A DNA stretch of 64,000 nt from an uncultured Eubacteriales bacterium (GTDB taxonomy: Bacteria; Bacillota; Clostridia; Oscillospirales; CAG-272), in assembly GCA_934481515.1 (NCBI GenBank), contig CAKSPO010000001.1:27561-91560 (forward strand), given 5' to 3'. Shown here piece by piece: positions 9,145-17,154 of this stretch (positions are counted from its first letter, which is position 1; every line of letters starts with the position of its first letter). The notes below the pieces were generated by a model. The model worked only from the letters and a program-made list of their open reading frames with translations. It had not been told where the DNA came from and made no database searches. The position numbers were made by a program, and so were the translations under genes.

Positions 9145-10440
9145 ATGAATTCGTATGAGCATTCGGTTTCTCTTGATATATCCCGATGTACGGGATGCAC
9201 CACCTGCCTGAAGCACTGTCCGACGGAAGCAATCCGCATCCGCCAGGGGCGCGCACAGATTGCCCCCGAGCGTTGTATTGACTGCGGTGTATGTATCCGG
9301 AACTGCCCGAATCACGCCAAAAAGGCAACCTACAGCCGCTTGGAGGGCGTTTTGAAACGGAAGTGGAAGATCGCTCTTCCGGCACCGACGCTGTACGGTC
9401 AGTTTGAGGATCTGGAGGATGTGGATTATGTCCTTCAGGGGTTGCTTGACATTGGATTTGACGATGTGTATGAGGTTTCTCAGGCAGCCGAACTGGTTTC
9501 GGCATACACAAGACTTTATCTCAAAACAGAAGGGATTACCCGACCGGTCATCAGCTCCGCGTGCCCTGTGGTGCTGCGGCTGATCTCCCTGCGGTATCCG
9601 GCACTGAAGGATCATATCATGCAGCTGTTACCGCCGATGGAGATTGCGGCAAAGCTTGCAAAGGCAAGAGCGAGAAGGGAGCACCCGGAGCTGACGGAAG
9701 AGGACATCTGCGTCTGCTTTATTTCTCCCTGTCCTGCAAAGGTCAGTTATGTCAGAAACGGCTTCGGGGATTACCGGAGCGAGGTGGACGAGGTGCTTTC
9801 CATCAGCGATATTTATTTCAGCCTGCTGAATGTGATGCGGCGCGGGAAGATGCCTGCGGCGTTGTCCCGATCCGGCGTCATCGGCATCAGCTGGGCAACC
9901 TCCGGAGGCGAATCCTCGGCTATTTTCAACGACAAATATCTGGCGGCGGACGGCATCGAGAATGTCAACCGTGTGTTGGATCAGCTGGACAACGGAAATA
10001 TTTCCGCACTGGAATTCATCGAGCTGAACGCCTGCCCCGGCGGTTGCGTCGGTGGTGCCATGGCGGTGGAAAATCCGTTTGTTGCCAAAGCAAGACTGCA
10101 AACCCTGCGCCGCTACCTCCCGATTACGCAAACGGGACTGCACGGACGCGAACGGGAATACATCCCGGAAACCTTTTTTTTTGATAGCCTGCCGGTCTAC
10201 CGCCCCATTCAGCGTCTGAGCGAAAACTTCGGCGAGTCTTTGCGGATGATGTCGGAGATTCAGAGACTGCGGGCGGAGCTTCCCGGAATCGATTGTGGTG
10301 CCTGCGGTGCTCCTACCTGCCGGGCATTTGCCGAGGATGTTGTTCGGGGAATCGGAAACCGGGACGGATGCATTGTGAAACGGAATTCGGGTGCGGGTAA
10401 AAAACGAAAGCGGGAGGAACCTGCCGATGACGGTCAATGA
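9145..10440 (+). CDS. HydS-like putative sensory [FeFe] hydrogenase paralogue (2x[4Fe-4S] + H-domain-like + C-terminal 4-Cys motif)
   Basis: N-terminal CTGCTTCLKHCP and CIDCGVCIRNCP. H-domain motif equivalents SSACPVV / SPCPAK / NACPGGCVGG. C-terminal CGACGAPTC-x16-C. Confidence 0.75.
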   Translation: MNSYEHSVSLDISRCTGCTTCLKHCPTEAIRIRQGRAQIAPERCIDCGVCIRNCPNHAKKATYSRLEGVLKRKWKIALPAPTLYGQFEDLEDVDYVLQGLLDIGFDDVYEVSQAAELVSAYTRLYLKTEGITRPVISSACPVVLRLISLRYPALKDHIMQLLPPMEIAAKLAKARARREHPELTEEDICVCFISPCPAKVSYVRNGFGDYRSEVDEVLSISDIYFSLLNVMRRGKMPAALSRSGVIGISWATSGGESSAIFNDKYLAADGIENVNRVLDQLDNGNISALEFIELNACPGGCVGGAMAVENPFVAKARLQTLRRYLPITQTGLHGREREYIPETFFFDSLPVYRPIQRLSENFGESLRMMSEIQRLRAELPGIDCGACGAPTCRAFAEDVVRGIGNRDGCIVKRNSGAGKKRKREEPADDGQ

Positions 10441-10756
10441 GCTTGCAAGCGCTTTGTCTCTGAACCCTCTTGCCGTTCCGGACGGGGAAAGAGAGATTAC
10501 CGGCGGCTACACCGGGGATCTGCTCAGCTGGGTCATGGGACGCGCACGCGCAGGACAGGCGTGGATCACCATCATGTCCAACATCAATATCGTTGCGGTT
10601 GCCGCTCTTGCGGACGTTTCCTGTATCATTCTTGCGGAAGGGATTCTCCCACCGGAAGAGGTGCAGCGGACGGCACAGGAGAAGGGTGTCAATCTCTTCT
10701 CCGCAGACGAGACCGCATTCCGGCTTTCTGCGGCACTGTCCGGGTTGCTGAAATGA
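10427..10756 (+). CDS. DRTGG-domain-like small protein (paralogue 2)
   Basis: Start ATG 10427 (GGGAGG at 10412-10417), overlapping the HydS-like stop by 14 bp. GDLLSWVMG...IVAVAALADVSCIILAEGILPPEEVQRTAQEKGVNLF parallels paralogue 1. Confidence 0.55.
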   Translation: MTVNELASALSLNPLAVPDGEREITGGYTGDLLSWVMGRARAGQAWITIMSNINIVAVAALADVSCIILAEGILPPEEVQRTAQEKGVNLFSADETAFRLSAALSGLLK

Positions 10757-11502
10757 GCCGTTTTTACTACGATTTTCACATGCATTCCTGCCTCTCCCCC
10801 TGCGGAGATGCGGAAATGACACCGGCAAACATTGCGGGAATGGCATCACTTGCCGGCTTACAGCTTATCGCTCTGACCGATCACAATTCCGCCCGGAACT
10901 GCCCCGCATTCTTTGCGGCGGCGGAAAAATACGGCATTATCCCTGTCGCGGGGATGGAGCTGACCACGGCGGAGGACATTCACGCGGTTTGTCTGTTTGA
11001 ACGGTTGGAGGACGCGCTTTGCTTCAACGACGAGGTGGATCGGATGCGGGTACGCATCCGGAACCGGGAAGACATTTTCGGTGAGCAGCTTCTTATGGAC
11101 GAGGAGGATCACATCCTCGGCAGGGAAGCGGATCTGTTGCCGAACGCGACCCGCATTTCCTTAGAGGAGCTTCCTGCATGGATGGAGCGGTACGGCGGCA
11201 TCTCTTATCCTGCCCACATTGACCGCGATTCCAACGGAATTCTTGCTGTGCTTGGTGCTTTTCCTCCCGAACTGCCGTTTTTGTGCGCGGAGGTACGGGA
11301 TCCGGGACGGACAGAAGCACTTTGTGACCGATACCCGGTTTTGCGTGACCGCAGAATCCTGACCGGCTCTGATGCGCATTTTCTGTGGGAGATCCGCGAC
11401 GCGGAGGCTACCATCGAATTGAACGGACTTCCGGCAAAGGAACCACCGGCGGAAGAAATCCGAAGGGCACTGTTCCGAATGCTGAGAGGAGAAGGAAAAT
11501 GA
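10753..11502 (+). CDS. PHP-domain phosphoesterase
   Basis: Start ATG 10753 (ATGA overlap). YDFHMHSCLSPCGD ... LTDHNS ... AHIDR ... GSDAH metal-binding motifs of the PHP family. Confidence 0.75.
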   Translation: MSRFYYDFHMHSCLSPCGDAEMTPANIAGMASLAGLQLIALTDHNSARNCPAFFAAAEKYGIIPVAGMELTTAEDIHAVCLFERLEDALCFNDEVDRMRVRIRNREDIFGEQLLMDEEDHILGREADLLPNATRISLEELPAWMERYGGISYPAHIDRDSNGILAVLGAFPPELPFLCAEVRDPGRTEALCDRYPVLRDRRILTGSDAHFLWEIRDAEATIELNGLPAKEPPAEEIRRALFRMLRGEGK

Positions 11503-12092
11503 AAGAGCTTTCATTGAACCTGTTGGACATTGCGGAAAATTCCGTCAAGGCGGGGGCGACTTTTGTTAAGATGGAACTTACGGAAACAGAGGAGCTTCTG
11601 ACCATGGTCGTTGCGGACAACGGCTGCGGAATGTCGGAGGAAATGGTGAAGCGTGTGACGGATCCCTTTTGCACCACACGAACAACGCGAAAGGTCGGAC
11701 TCGGAATTCCGCTGCTGAAGCTTGCGGCGGAGCAGACCGGAGGAACGGTCATCATTACTTCCCGACCGCGCGATGCGTTTCCGGATACACACGGAACCGA
11801 GGTCACGGCAACCTTTTTCCGGCGGCACATCGATTGTACACCGTTAGGAGATACCGTCGCCACGGTAAAGACTTTGATTCAGGGCAATCCGCAAATCGAT
11901 TTTCTGTTTCTCCATCGGACAGAGCAGGGAGAGGTTTCGCTGGACACCCGGCAGATTCGGGAAATCCTCGGAGAGGAGATTCCCCTTTGCAGTTACGAAA
12001 TTATGAAATGGATTGACGGCTGTCTGCGGGAGCAGTACGAAGGTCTGTCCGAAGATCATAATCATATTATCAATCATTCAACATCAAAATAA
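11499..12092 (+). CDS. Stand-alone GHKL ATPase 2 (histidine-kinase-like ATPase without a DHp domain)
   Basis: Start ATG 11499 (ATGA overlap). N-box LDIAENSVKA, G1 DNGCGM, G2 GLGIPLL. The C-terminal ~90 aa are of unknown fold. Confidence 0.7.
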   Translation: MKELSLNLLDIAENSVKAGATFVKMELTETEELLTMVVADNGCGMSEEMVKRVTDPFCTTRTTRKVGLGIPLLKLAAEQTGGTVIITSRPRDAFPDTHGTEVTATFFRRHIDCTPLGDTVATVKTLIQGNPQIDFLFLHRTEQGEVSLDTRQIREILGEEIPLCSYEIMKWIDGCLREQYEGLSEDHNHIINHSTSK

Positions 12093-12110
12093 GGAAAGGA
12101 AAGAAACATC

Positions 12111-12485
12111 ATGAAATCTTTGGCAGAGCTTGCCGCAATCAGAGAGAAGATGAAAGAAAAGGTTCTTCTTCGGGAAGGAACCAACGACATCCGTATCGTC
12201 GTCGGCATGGCAACCTGCGGAATTGCCGCAGGCGCACGTCCTGTCCTGAACGCTTTCGTTGAAGGCATTGCACAGGAGGGACTGGAGGAAAATGTTACGG
12301 TTACCCAGACCGGTTGCATCGGTATCTGTCAGTACGAGCCTGTCGTGGAGGTGTTCCAGTCCGGCAAGGAAAAGGTCACCTATGTCAAGATGACTCCAGA
12401 AAAGGCGGAAAAGGTTCTGAAAGAGCATATTAAAGGCGGCAAGGTGGTAGAAGAGTACACCTTTGCCCATGAAAAGAAAGACTGA
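12111..12485 (+). CDS. Thioredoxin-like [2Fe-2S] ferredoxin (HydD-like small subunit)
   Basis: 124 aa. Cys pattern MATCGIAAG ... TGCIGICQYEP. Lies immediately upstream of hydB. Confidence 0.7.
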   Translation: MKSLAELAAIREKMKEKVLLREGTNDIRIVVGMATCGIAAGARPVLNAFVEGIAQEGLEENVTVTQTGCIGICQYEPVVEVFQSGKEKVTYVKMTPEKAEKVLKEHIKGGKVVEEYTFAHEKKD

Positions 12486-12500
12486 CGGAGGTAACAACGA

Positions 12501-14324
12501 ATGATTCGTGCTCATGTATTGTGCTGCGGTGGTACGGGATGTACTTCGTCCGGCAGCCAGAAGATTCAGGAAGCTTTTCACAGCGAGATTGAAAAGCAGG
12601 GACTTGCCGACGAAATCAAGGTCGTTCAGACCGGATGCTTCGGGCTTTGTGCACTCGGTCCCGTCGTTATCGTCTACCCGGACGGCACATTTTACAGTCA
12701 TGTGACCGAAAAGGACGTGGCGGAGATTGTGGAAGAGCACCTGCTCAAGGGACGTGTGGTGGAAAGACTGGTTTACAACGATGTTTCCGAGGAACACAAG
12801 GCAGAGAACGCCGAGGTCTCTCTCAGCGATACCACCTTCTACAAATCCCAGCACCGTGTGGCACTGCGCAACTGCGGCGTAATCGACCCGGAAAATATCG
12901 AAGAATACATCGCAATGGATGGTTATACCGCACTTGGCAAGGTTTTGACCGAGATGACCCCGGACGAGGTGATCCAGACGATTCTGGATTCCGGTCTGCG
13001 CGGACGCGGCGGTGCCGGCTTCCCGACGGGTATGAAGTGGAAGTTTGCTTCCGGAAACCGCGGTCAGGTACAGAAGTATGTCTGTTGCAATGCGGACGAG
13101 GGCGACCCCGGTGCATTCATGGATCGCTCCATTCTGGAGGGCGACCCCCATGCACTGATTGAAGCAATGGCAATTGCAGGCTATGCCATCGGAGCCGATC
13201 AGGGTTACGTTTATGTGCGTGCGGAGTATCCGATTGCCGTCAAGCGTTTGCAGATTGCAATCGATCAGGCAAAGAAATACGGCTTGCTTGGAAATGATAT
13301 TTTCGGAACCGGATTCAATTTCAATCTGGATATTCGTCTTGGCGCGGGCGCATTCGTCTGCGGCGAGGAGACCGCTCTGATGACCTCCATCGAGGGTAAG
13401 CGCGGCGAACCGCGTCCCCGTCCTCCGTTCCCCGCAGTCAAGGGTCTGTTTGAGCGCCCCACCATCCTCAACAACGTGGAAACCTATGCAAACATCCCGC
13501 AGATCATCAATAAGGGTGCCGCATGGTTCGCTTCCATGGGAACCGAGAAATCCAAGGGCACCAAGGTGTTCGCACTCGGCGGTAAGATCAAGCATACGGG
13601 TCTTGTCGAGGTTCCGATGGGAACCACTCTGCGCCACATCATCGAAGAGATCGGCGGCGGTATTCCGAACGGAAAGAAGTTCAAAGCGGCGCAGACCGGC
13701 GGACCTTCCGGCGGATGCATTCCGGCACACCTGATTGACACACCTATCGACTATGACAACCTGATTGCCATCGGTTCCATGATGGGTTCCGGCGGATTGA
13801 TCGTCATGGACGAGGACAACTGCATGGTGGATATCGCACGCTTTTTCCTTGATTTTACTGTGGATGAATCCTGCGGAAAGTGCACCCCTTGCCGTGTAGG
13901 TACCAAGAGACTTCTGGAAATTTTGGATAAGATCATCTCCGGAAACGGCGAGATGGAGGATCTGGATCGCCTGGAGGAGCTGGCAAATTACATCAAATCC
14001 GCGTCTCTGTGCGGACTCGGACAGACCGCTCCGAACCCTGTTCTTTCCACTCTGCGGTATTTCCGCGACGAATACGTTGCACACATTGTGGACAAGAAGT
14101 GTCCTGCCGGCGTCTGTAAGAAGCTGTTGCAGTATACCATCGATGCGGATAAGTGCATCGGTTGCGGAATCTGCGCCAAGAACTGCCCGGCGTCTGCCAT
14201 CACAAGAACCGACTACATTGCCCCCGGACACAAACTGGCATCCATGGCAGTGGACGCCAAGAAGTGCGTAAAGTGCGGCGCATGCCTGTCGAACTGCAAG
14301 TTCAAGGCAATTTCCAAACAGTAA
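12501..14324 (+). CDS. hydB: [FeFe] hydrogenase flavoprotein subunit HydB (NuoF-like, NAD(H)/FMN binding)
   Basis: N-terminal Trx-like 2Fe-2S (CCGGTGC...CFGLC), GRGGAGFPTGMKW, ESCGKCTPCR, and two C-terminal CxxCxxCxxxCP motifs. Confidence 0.9.
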   Translation: MIRAHVLCCGGTGCTSSGSQKIQEAFHSEIEKQGLADEIKVVQTGCFGLCALGPVVIVYPDGTFYSHVTEKDVAEIVEEHLLKGRVVERLVYNDVSEEHKAENAEVSLSDTTFYKSQHRVALRNCGVIDPENIEEYIAMDGYTALGKVLTEMTPDEVIQTILDSGLRGRGGAGFPTGMKWKFASGNRGQVQKYVCCNADEGDPGAFMDRSILEGDPHALIEAMAIAGYAIGADQGYVYVRAEYPIAVKRLQIAIDQAKKYGLLGNDIFGTGFNFNLDIRLGAGAFVCGEETALMTSIEGKRGEPRPRPPFPAVKGLFERPTILNNVETYANIPQIINKGAAWFASMGTEKSKGTKVFALGGKIKHTGLVEVPMGTTLRHIIEEIGGGIPNGKKFKAAQTGGPSGGCIPAHLIDTPIDYDNLIAIGSMMGSGGLIVMDEDNCMVDIARFFLDFTVDESCGKCTPCRVGTKRLLEILDKIISGNGEMEDLDRLEELANYIKSASLCGLGQTAPNPVLSTLRYFRDEYVAHIVDKKCPAGVCKKLLQYTIDADKCIGCGICAKNCPASAITRTDYIAPGHKLASMAVDAKKCVKCGACLSNCKFKAISKQ

Positions 14325-14345
14325 GAAAAGGAGAATTGTGGACAA

Positions 14346-16112
14346 ATGGACATGATTAAAGTAAAAATTAACGGCAGGGAGCAATCCGTTGCCAAGGGTT
14401 CCACGGTTCTGGAAGCCGCCAAGGCAGCAAACATCAACATTCCGACACTTTGCTACCTGAAGGATATCAATGAGATCGGTGCCTGTCGTCTGTGCCTCGT
14501 GGAAGTTGCAGAAATGCGCGGCCCCGCACTGGGACCGTGGCGTATGGTTACTGCCTGCGTTTATCCCTGCACGGAGGGAATGGAGATCAAGACCAACACC
14601 CCCAAGATTGCCGCTTCCCGAAAGATGAATCTGGAGCTGTTGCTTTCCAACCACGATAAGAAGTGCCTTTCCTGCGTGCGCTCCACCAACTGCGAGCTGC
14701 AGACCCTCTGCCGTGAATACGGCGTGGAATACTCCCGTTTTGAGGGGGAGAGCAACCATTATGAGATTGATGACAAGACTCCGATCATCCGTGATAATAA
14801 CAAGTGCATCCTCTGCCGTCGTTGCGTGGCAACCTGCGCAAAGGTACAGCAGATCGGCGTCATCGGTGCCAACAACCGCGGTTTTGATACCTACATCGGC
14901 TCCGCATTCGGGGAAGCATTGGCGGATACCTCCTGCATCAACTGCGGACAGTGTATCGTCGCCTGCCCGGTCGGTGCACTGTATGAGAGAGACGATACCG
15001 ACGGCGTGTTCGCCGCGTTGGCGGATCCTTCCAAGCATACGGTGATCTGCGCAGCGCCTTCTGTACGCGCACAGATCGGTGAATGCTTCGGCTATGAGCC
15101 GGGAACCGATACCGAGGGCAAGATGGTTGCGGCACTCAAGGCACTGGGTTTTGAAGGGGTCTATGATATGAACCTGACCGCAGACCTTACCATTGTAGAG
15201 GAAGCAACCGAACTGCTTGGCAGAATTCAGAACAACGGAACGCTTCCGATGATTACCTCCTGCTCTCCCGGATGGATCAAGTATTGCGAGCACTACTTCC
15301 CGGAATTCACCGATAATCTTTCCACCTGCAAGTCTCCTCAGCAGATGTTCGGCGCAGTGGTCAAGACCTACTACGCACAGAAGATGGGATGGGATCCGAA
15401 GGACATCGTGATGGTGTCTGCCATTCCCTGCACGGCAAAGAAGTTTGAGGTCACCCGTCCCGATCAGTCGGCGGCAGGTGTTCCGGATGTGGATTACGCC
15501 ATCACTACCCGCGAGGTCGGTCGGATGATCAAAAAGGCAGGCATCGATTTCCGCGCACTGCCCGATGCCGAATTTGACGATCCGTTTGCCATCGGATCCG
15601 GTGCCGGTGCGATCTTTGGCGCAACCGGCGGTGTTATGGAAGCGGCGCTTCGCTATGCCGCGGAGATCATTCTCGGTAAAAAGCTGGAGAAGGTGGACTT
15701 CCCGGAGGTACGCGGTACCGAAGGAATCAAGACTGCATCCTATAAGCTTGGCGACGTGACCGTCAATGTTGCGGTTGCCTCCAGCACGGGAATGGCAAAG
15801 AAACTTCTTAATATGGTAAAGAGTGGGGAACTGGACGTTCAGTTCATCGAGGTGATGGGATGTCCCGGCGGATGTGTCAACGGCGGCGGTCAGCCAATCC
15901 AGCCTGCCAGCGTTCGCGCCAGCATCGATCTGCGTGCGGTTCGTGCTGCAGTCCTGTACAACGATGATGCCAACGAAAAGTTGCGGAAGTCGCAGGATAA
16001 CCTTGCGGTCAAGGTGCTGTATGATGAGTTCTTCGGAGAACCCAACAGCCACAAGGCACATGAGATTCTGCACACCAGCTACGTCAAGCGCGGATTGTTC
16101 ACGCAAAAGTAA
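14346..16112 (+). CDS. hydA: [FeFe] hydrogenase catalytic subunit HydA (M3 architecture)
   Basis: N-terminal 2Fe-2S, HDKKCLSCVRSTNC cluster, two ferredoxin-type motifs. H-domain motifs TSCSPGW, PCTAKKFE and EVMGCPGGCVNGGGQP. Confidence 0.9.
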   Translation: MDMIKVKINGREQSVAKGSTVLEAAKAANINIPTLCYLKDINEIGACRLCLVEVAEMRGPALGPWRMVTACVYPCTEGMEIKTNTPKIAASRKMNLELLLSNHDKKCLSCVRSTNCELQTLCREYGVEYSRFEGESNHYEIDDKTPIIRDNNKCILCRRCVATCAKVQQIGVIGANNRGFDTYIGSAFGEALADTSCINCGQCIVACPVGALYERDDTDGVFAALADPSKHTVICAAPSVRAQIGECFGYEPGTDTEGKMVAALKALGFEGVYDMNLTADLTIVEEATELLGRIQNNGTLPMITSCSPGWIKYCEHYFPEFTDNLSTCKSPQQMFGAVVKTYYAQKMGWDPKDIVMVSAIPCTAKKFEVTRPDQSAAGVPDVDYAITTREVGRMIKKAGIDFRALPDAEFDDPFAIGSGAGAIFGATGGVMEAALRYAAEIILGKKLEKVDFPEVRGTEGIKTASYKLGDVTVNVAVASSTGMAKKLLNMVKSGELDVQFIEVMGCPGGCVNGGGQPIQPASVRASIDLRAVRAAVLYNDDANEKLRKSQDNLAVKVLYDEFFGEPNSHKAHEILHTSYVKRGLFTQK

Positions 16113-16187
16113 TTTTCGGAAATACCGAAGGCAAGGGGCGCAGGGATTTTCTGTGCCCCTGCCTGTCCTGAATTGCTTCAAAAGAAG

Positions 16188-16238
16188 AAAAGCATCCGTT
16201 TTTCACTCTTTTTTGAGAGTAAAAAACGGATGCTTTTT
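16188..16238. terminator. Bidirectional rho-independent terminator (hydA / convergent membrane-protein gene)
   Basis: AAAAGCATCCGTTTTT ... AAAAAACGGATGCTTTTT long inverted repeat with A/T runs on both sides. Confidence 0.75.
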
Positions 16239-16254
16239 GTAAATCAAGGAATGC

Positions 16255-16977
16255 TTAGTTCTGCGTCATTTTTGCTTTGAGCTTTTGCGCCAGCTCGTCG
16301 GCATAAATATCATCGTCCCGGTGCAGAGCAACATGGGTTCCGTCCTTCAGTAAAAAGCAGATTCTGCAAACCCGCGTCCGGAAAGAGGTACGGGGGGAAG
16401 AAACGGAAATCGTTTTGCGATTCGCAACAATATCACGAATTTCGGAAAACGGCAGATCATACGTTTTTTCTGTTGCTTGATCGGAAAGGAAGGAGAATGT
16501 GCGGGACTTAATGTAGAACGCATCCGAGAGAAATTCCAGCTTGGCGCAGGTGTATTCCGAGGAAATCCAGGAACCGTTTTTCATCCGCTTGAAAAGCAGA
16601 CCGTCGTGAAATTCGTAACCGTCAAATTCGGTTTCAATATCTTCTTTTTTTGGAGCAGCGGTGTGCATACTGACCTGCTCCTGGCGTGCCGGTAATCGGC
16701 GGCGCAAAGCGGGATTTTCTTTCAGTTCCGGAAAGGAGATTGCTTCTTTTTCCCGTTGGATCCGGTCGGTGAGATCCGATCCGGAAGCCCGACCCATATT
16801 TCCGTAAACGGTCAGCGCACCTCCTATCAGAAGAAACAGCATCCCGAACAGCGCAAGGAATAGGATATAGGCAAAACCGATCCAAAGGCAAATAATCCCT
16901 GCTGCCATCAGCCCGATTCCGAATGACGCGGCGCCTTCCCATTTTTTGAAATAGTTGACCATTTTCTGATTTGTCAT
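16255..16977 (-). CDS. Hypothetical membrane protein (two N-terminal TM helices + cytoplasmic domain of unknown function)
   Basis: ATG 16977 with GGAG 6 nt upstream; the track start at 16989 is TTG. Hydrophobic GIGLMAAGIICLWIGFAYILFLALFGMLFLLIGGAL. I recognise no motif in the C-terminal half. Confidence 0.55.
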   Translation of the reverse strand: MTNQKMVNYFKKWEGAASFGIGLMAAGIICLWIGFAYILFLALFGMLFLLIGGALTVYGNMGRASGSDLTDRIQREKEAISFPELKENPALRRRLPARQEQVSMHTAAPKKEDIETEFDGYEFHDGLLFKRMKNGSWISSEYTCAKLEFLSDAFYIKSRTFSFLSDQATEKTYDLPFSEIRDIVANRKTISVSSPRTSFRTRVCRICFLLKDGTHVALHRDDDIYADELAQKLKAKMTQN

Positions 16978-17085
16978 AAAATGCTCCAATCCGGGCGTAG
17001 CCCGCTGAGGTATTTATATCCGGGTCTGTCATTGGTGCTGATAAAAGTATATCACAAAAAGAATGCCTTGTCAAGAAACTATTGG

Positions 17086-17114
17086 TTGATTTTTTGTCAG
17101 GAATGCGGTAAAAT
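17086..17114 (+). promoter_or_regulatory. Candidate sigma-A promoter
   Basis: TTGATT - 17 bp - TAAAAT, upstream of the hydrolase gene. Confidence 0.5.
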
Positions 17115-17154
17115 AGAAGCAGATACCGAATCAGACAGGAACGGAGGAAATTGT

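Noticed and set aside
12084-16181. 1365-codon stop-free ORF on the minus strand, the longest ORF in the window
   Set aside because: Its codons are exactly in register with the sense codons of the ferredoxin-like gene, hydB and hydA. All sense starts and the antisense triplets fall on positions divisible by 3. In that register an antisense stop arises only from a sense TTA, CTA or TCA codon, which these strongly biased genes simply avoid. The translation is low-complexity with no motifs or RBS, while the plus-strand products carry dense Fe-S, FMN and H-cluster motifs. It is a mirror ORF, not a gene.
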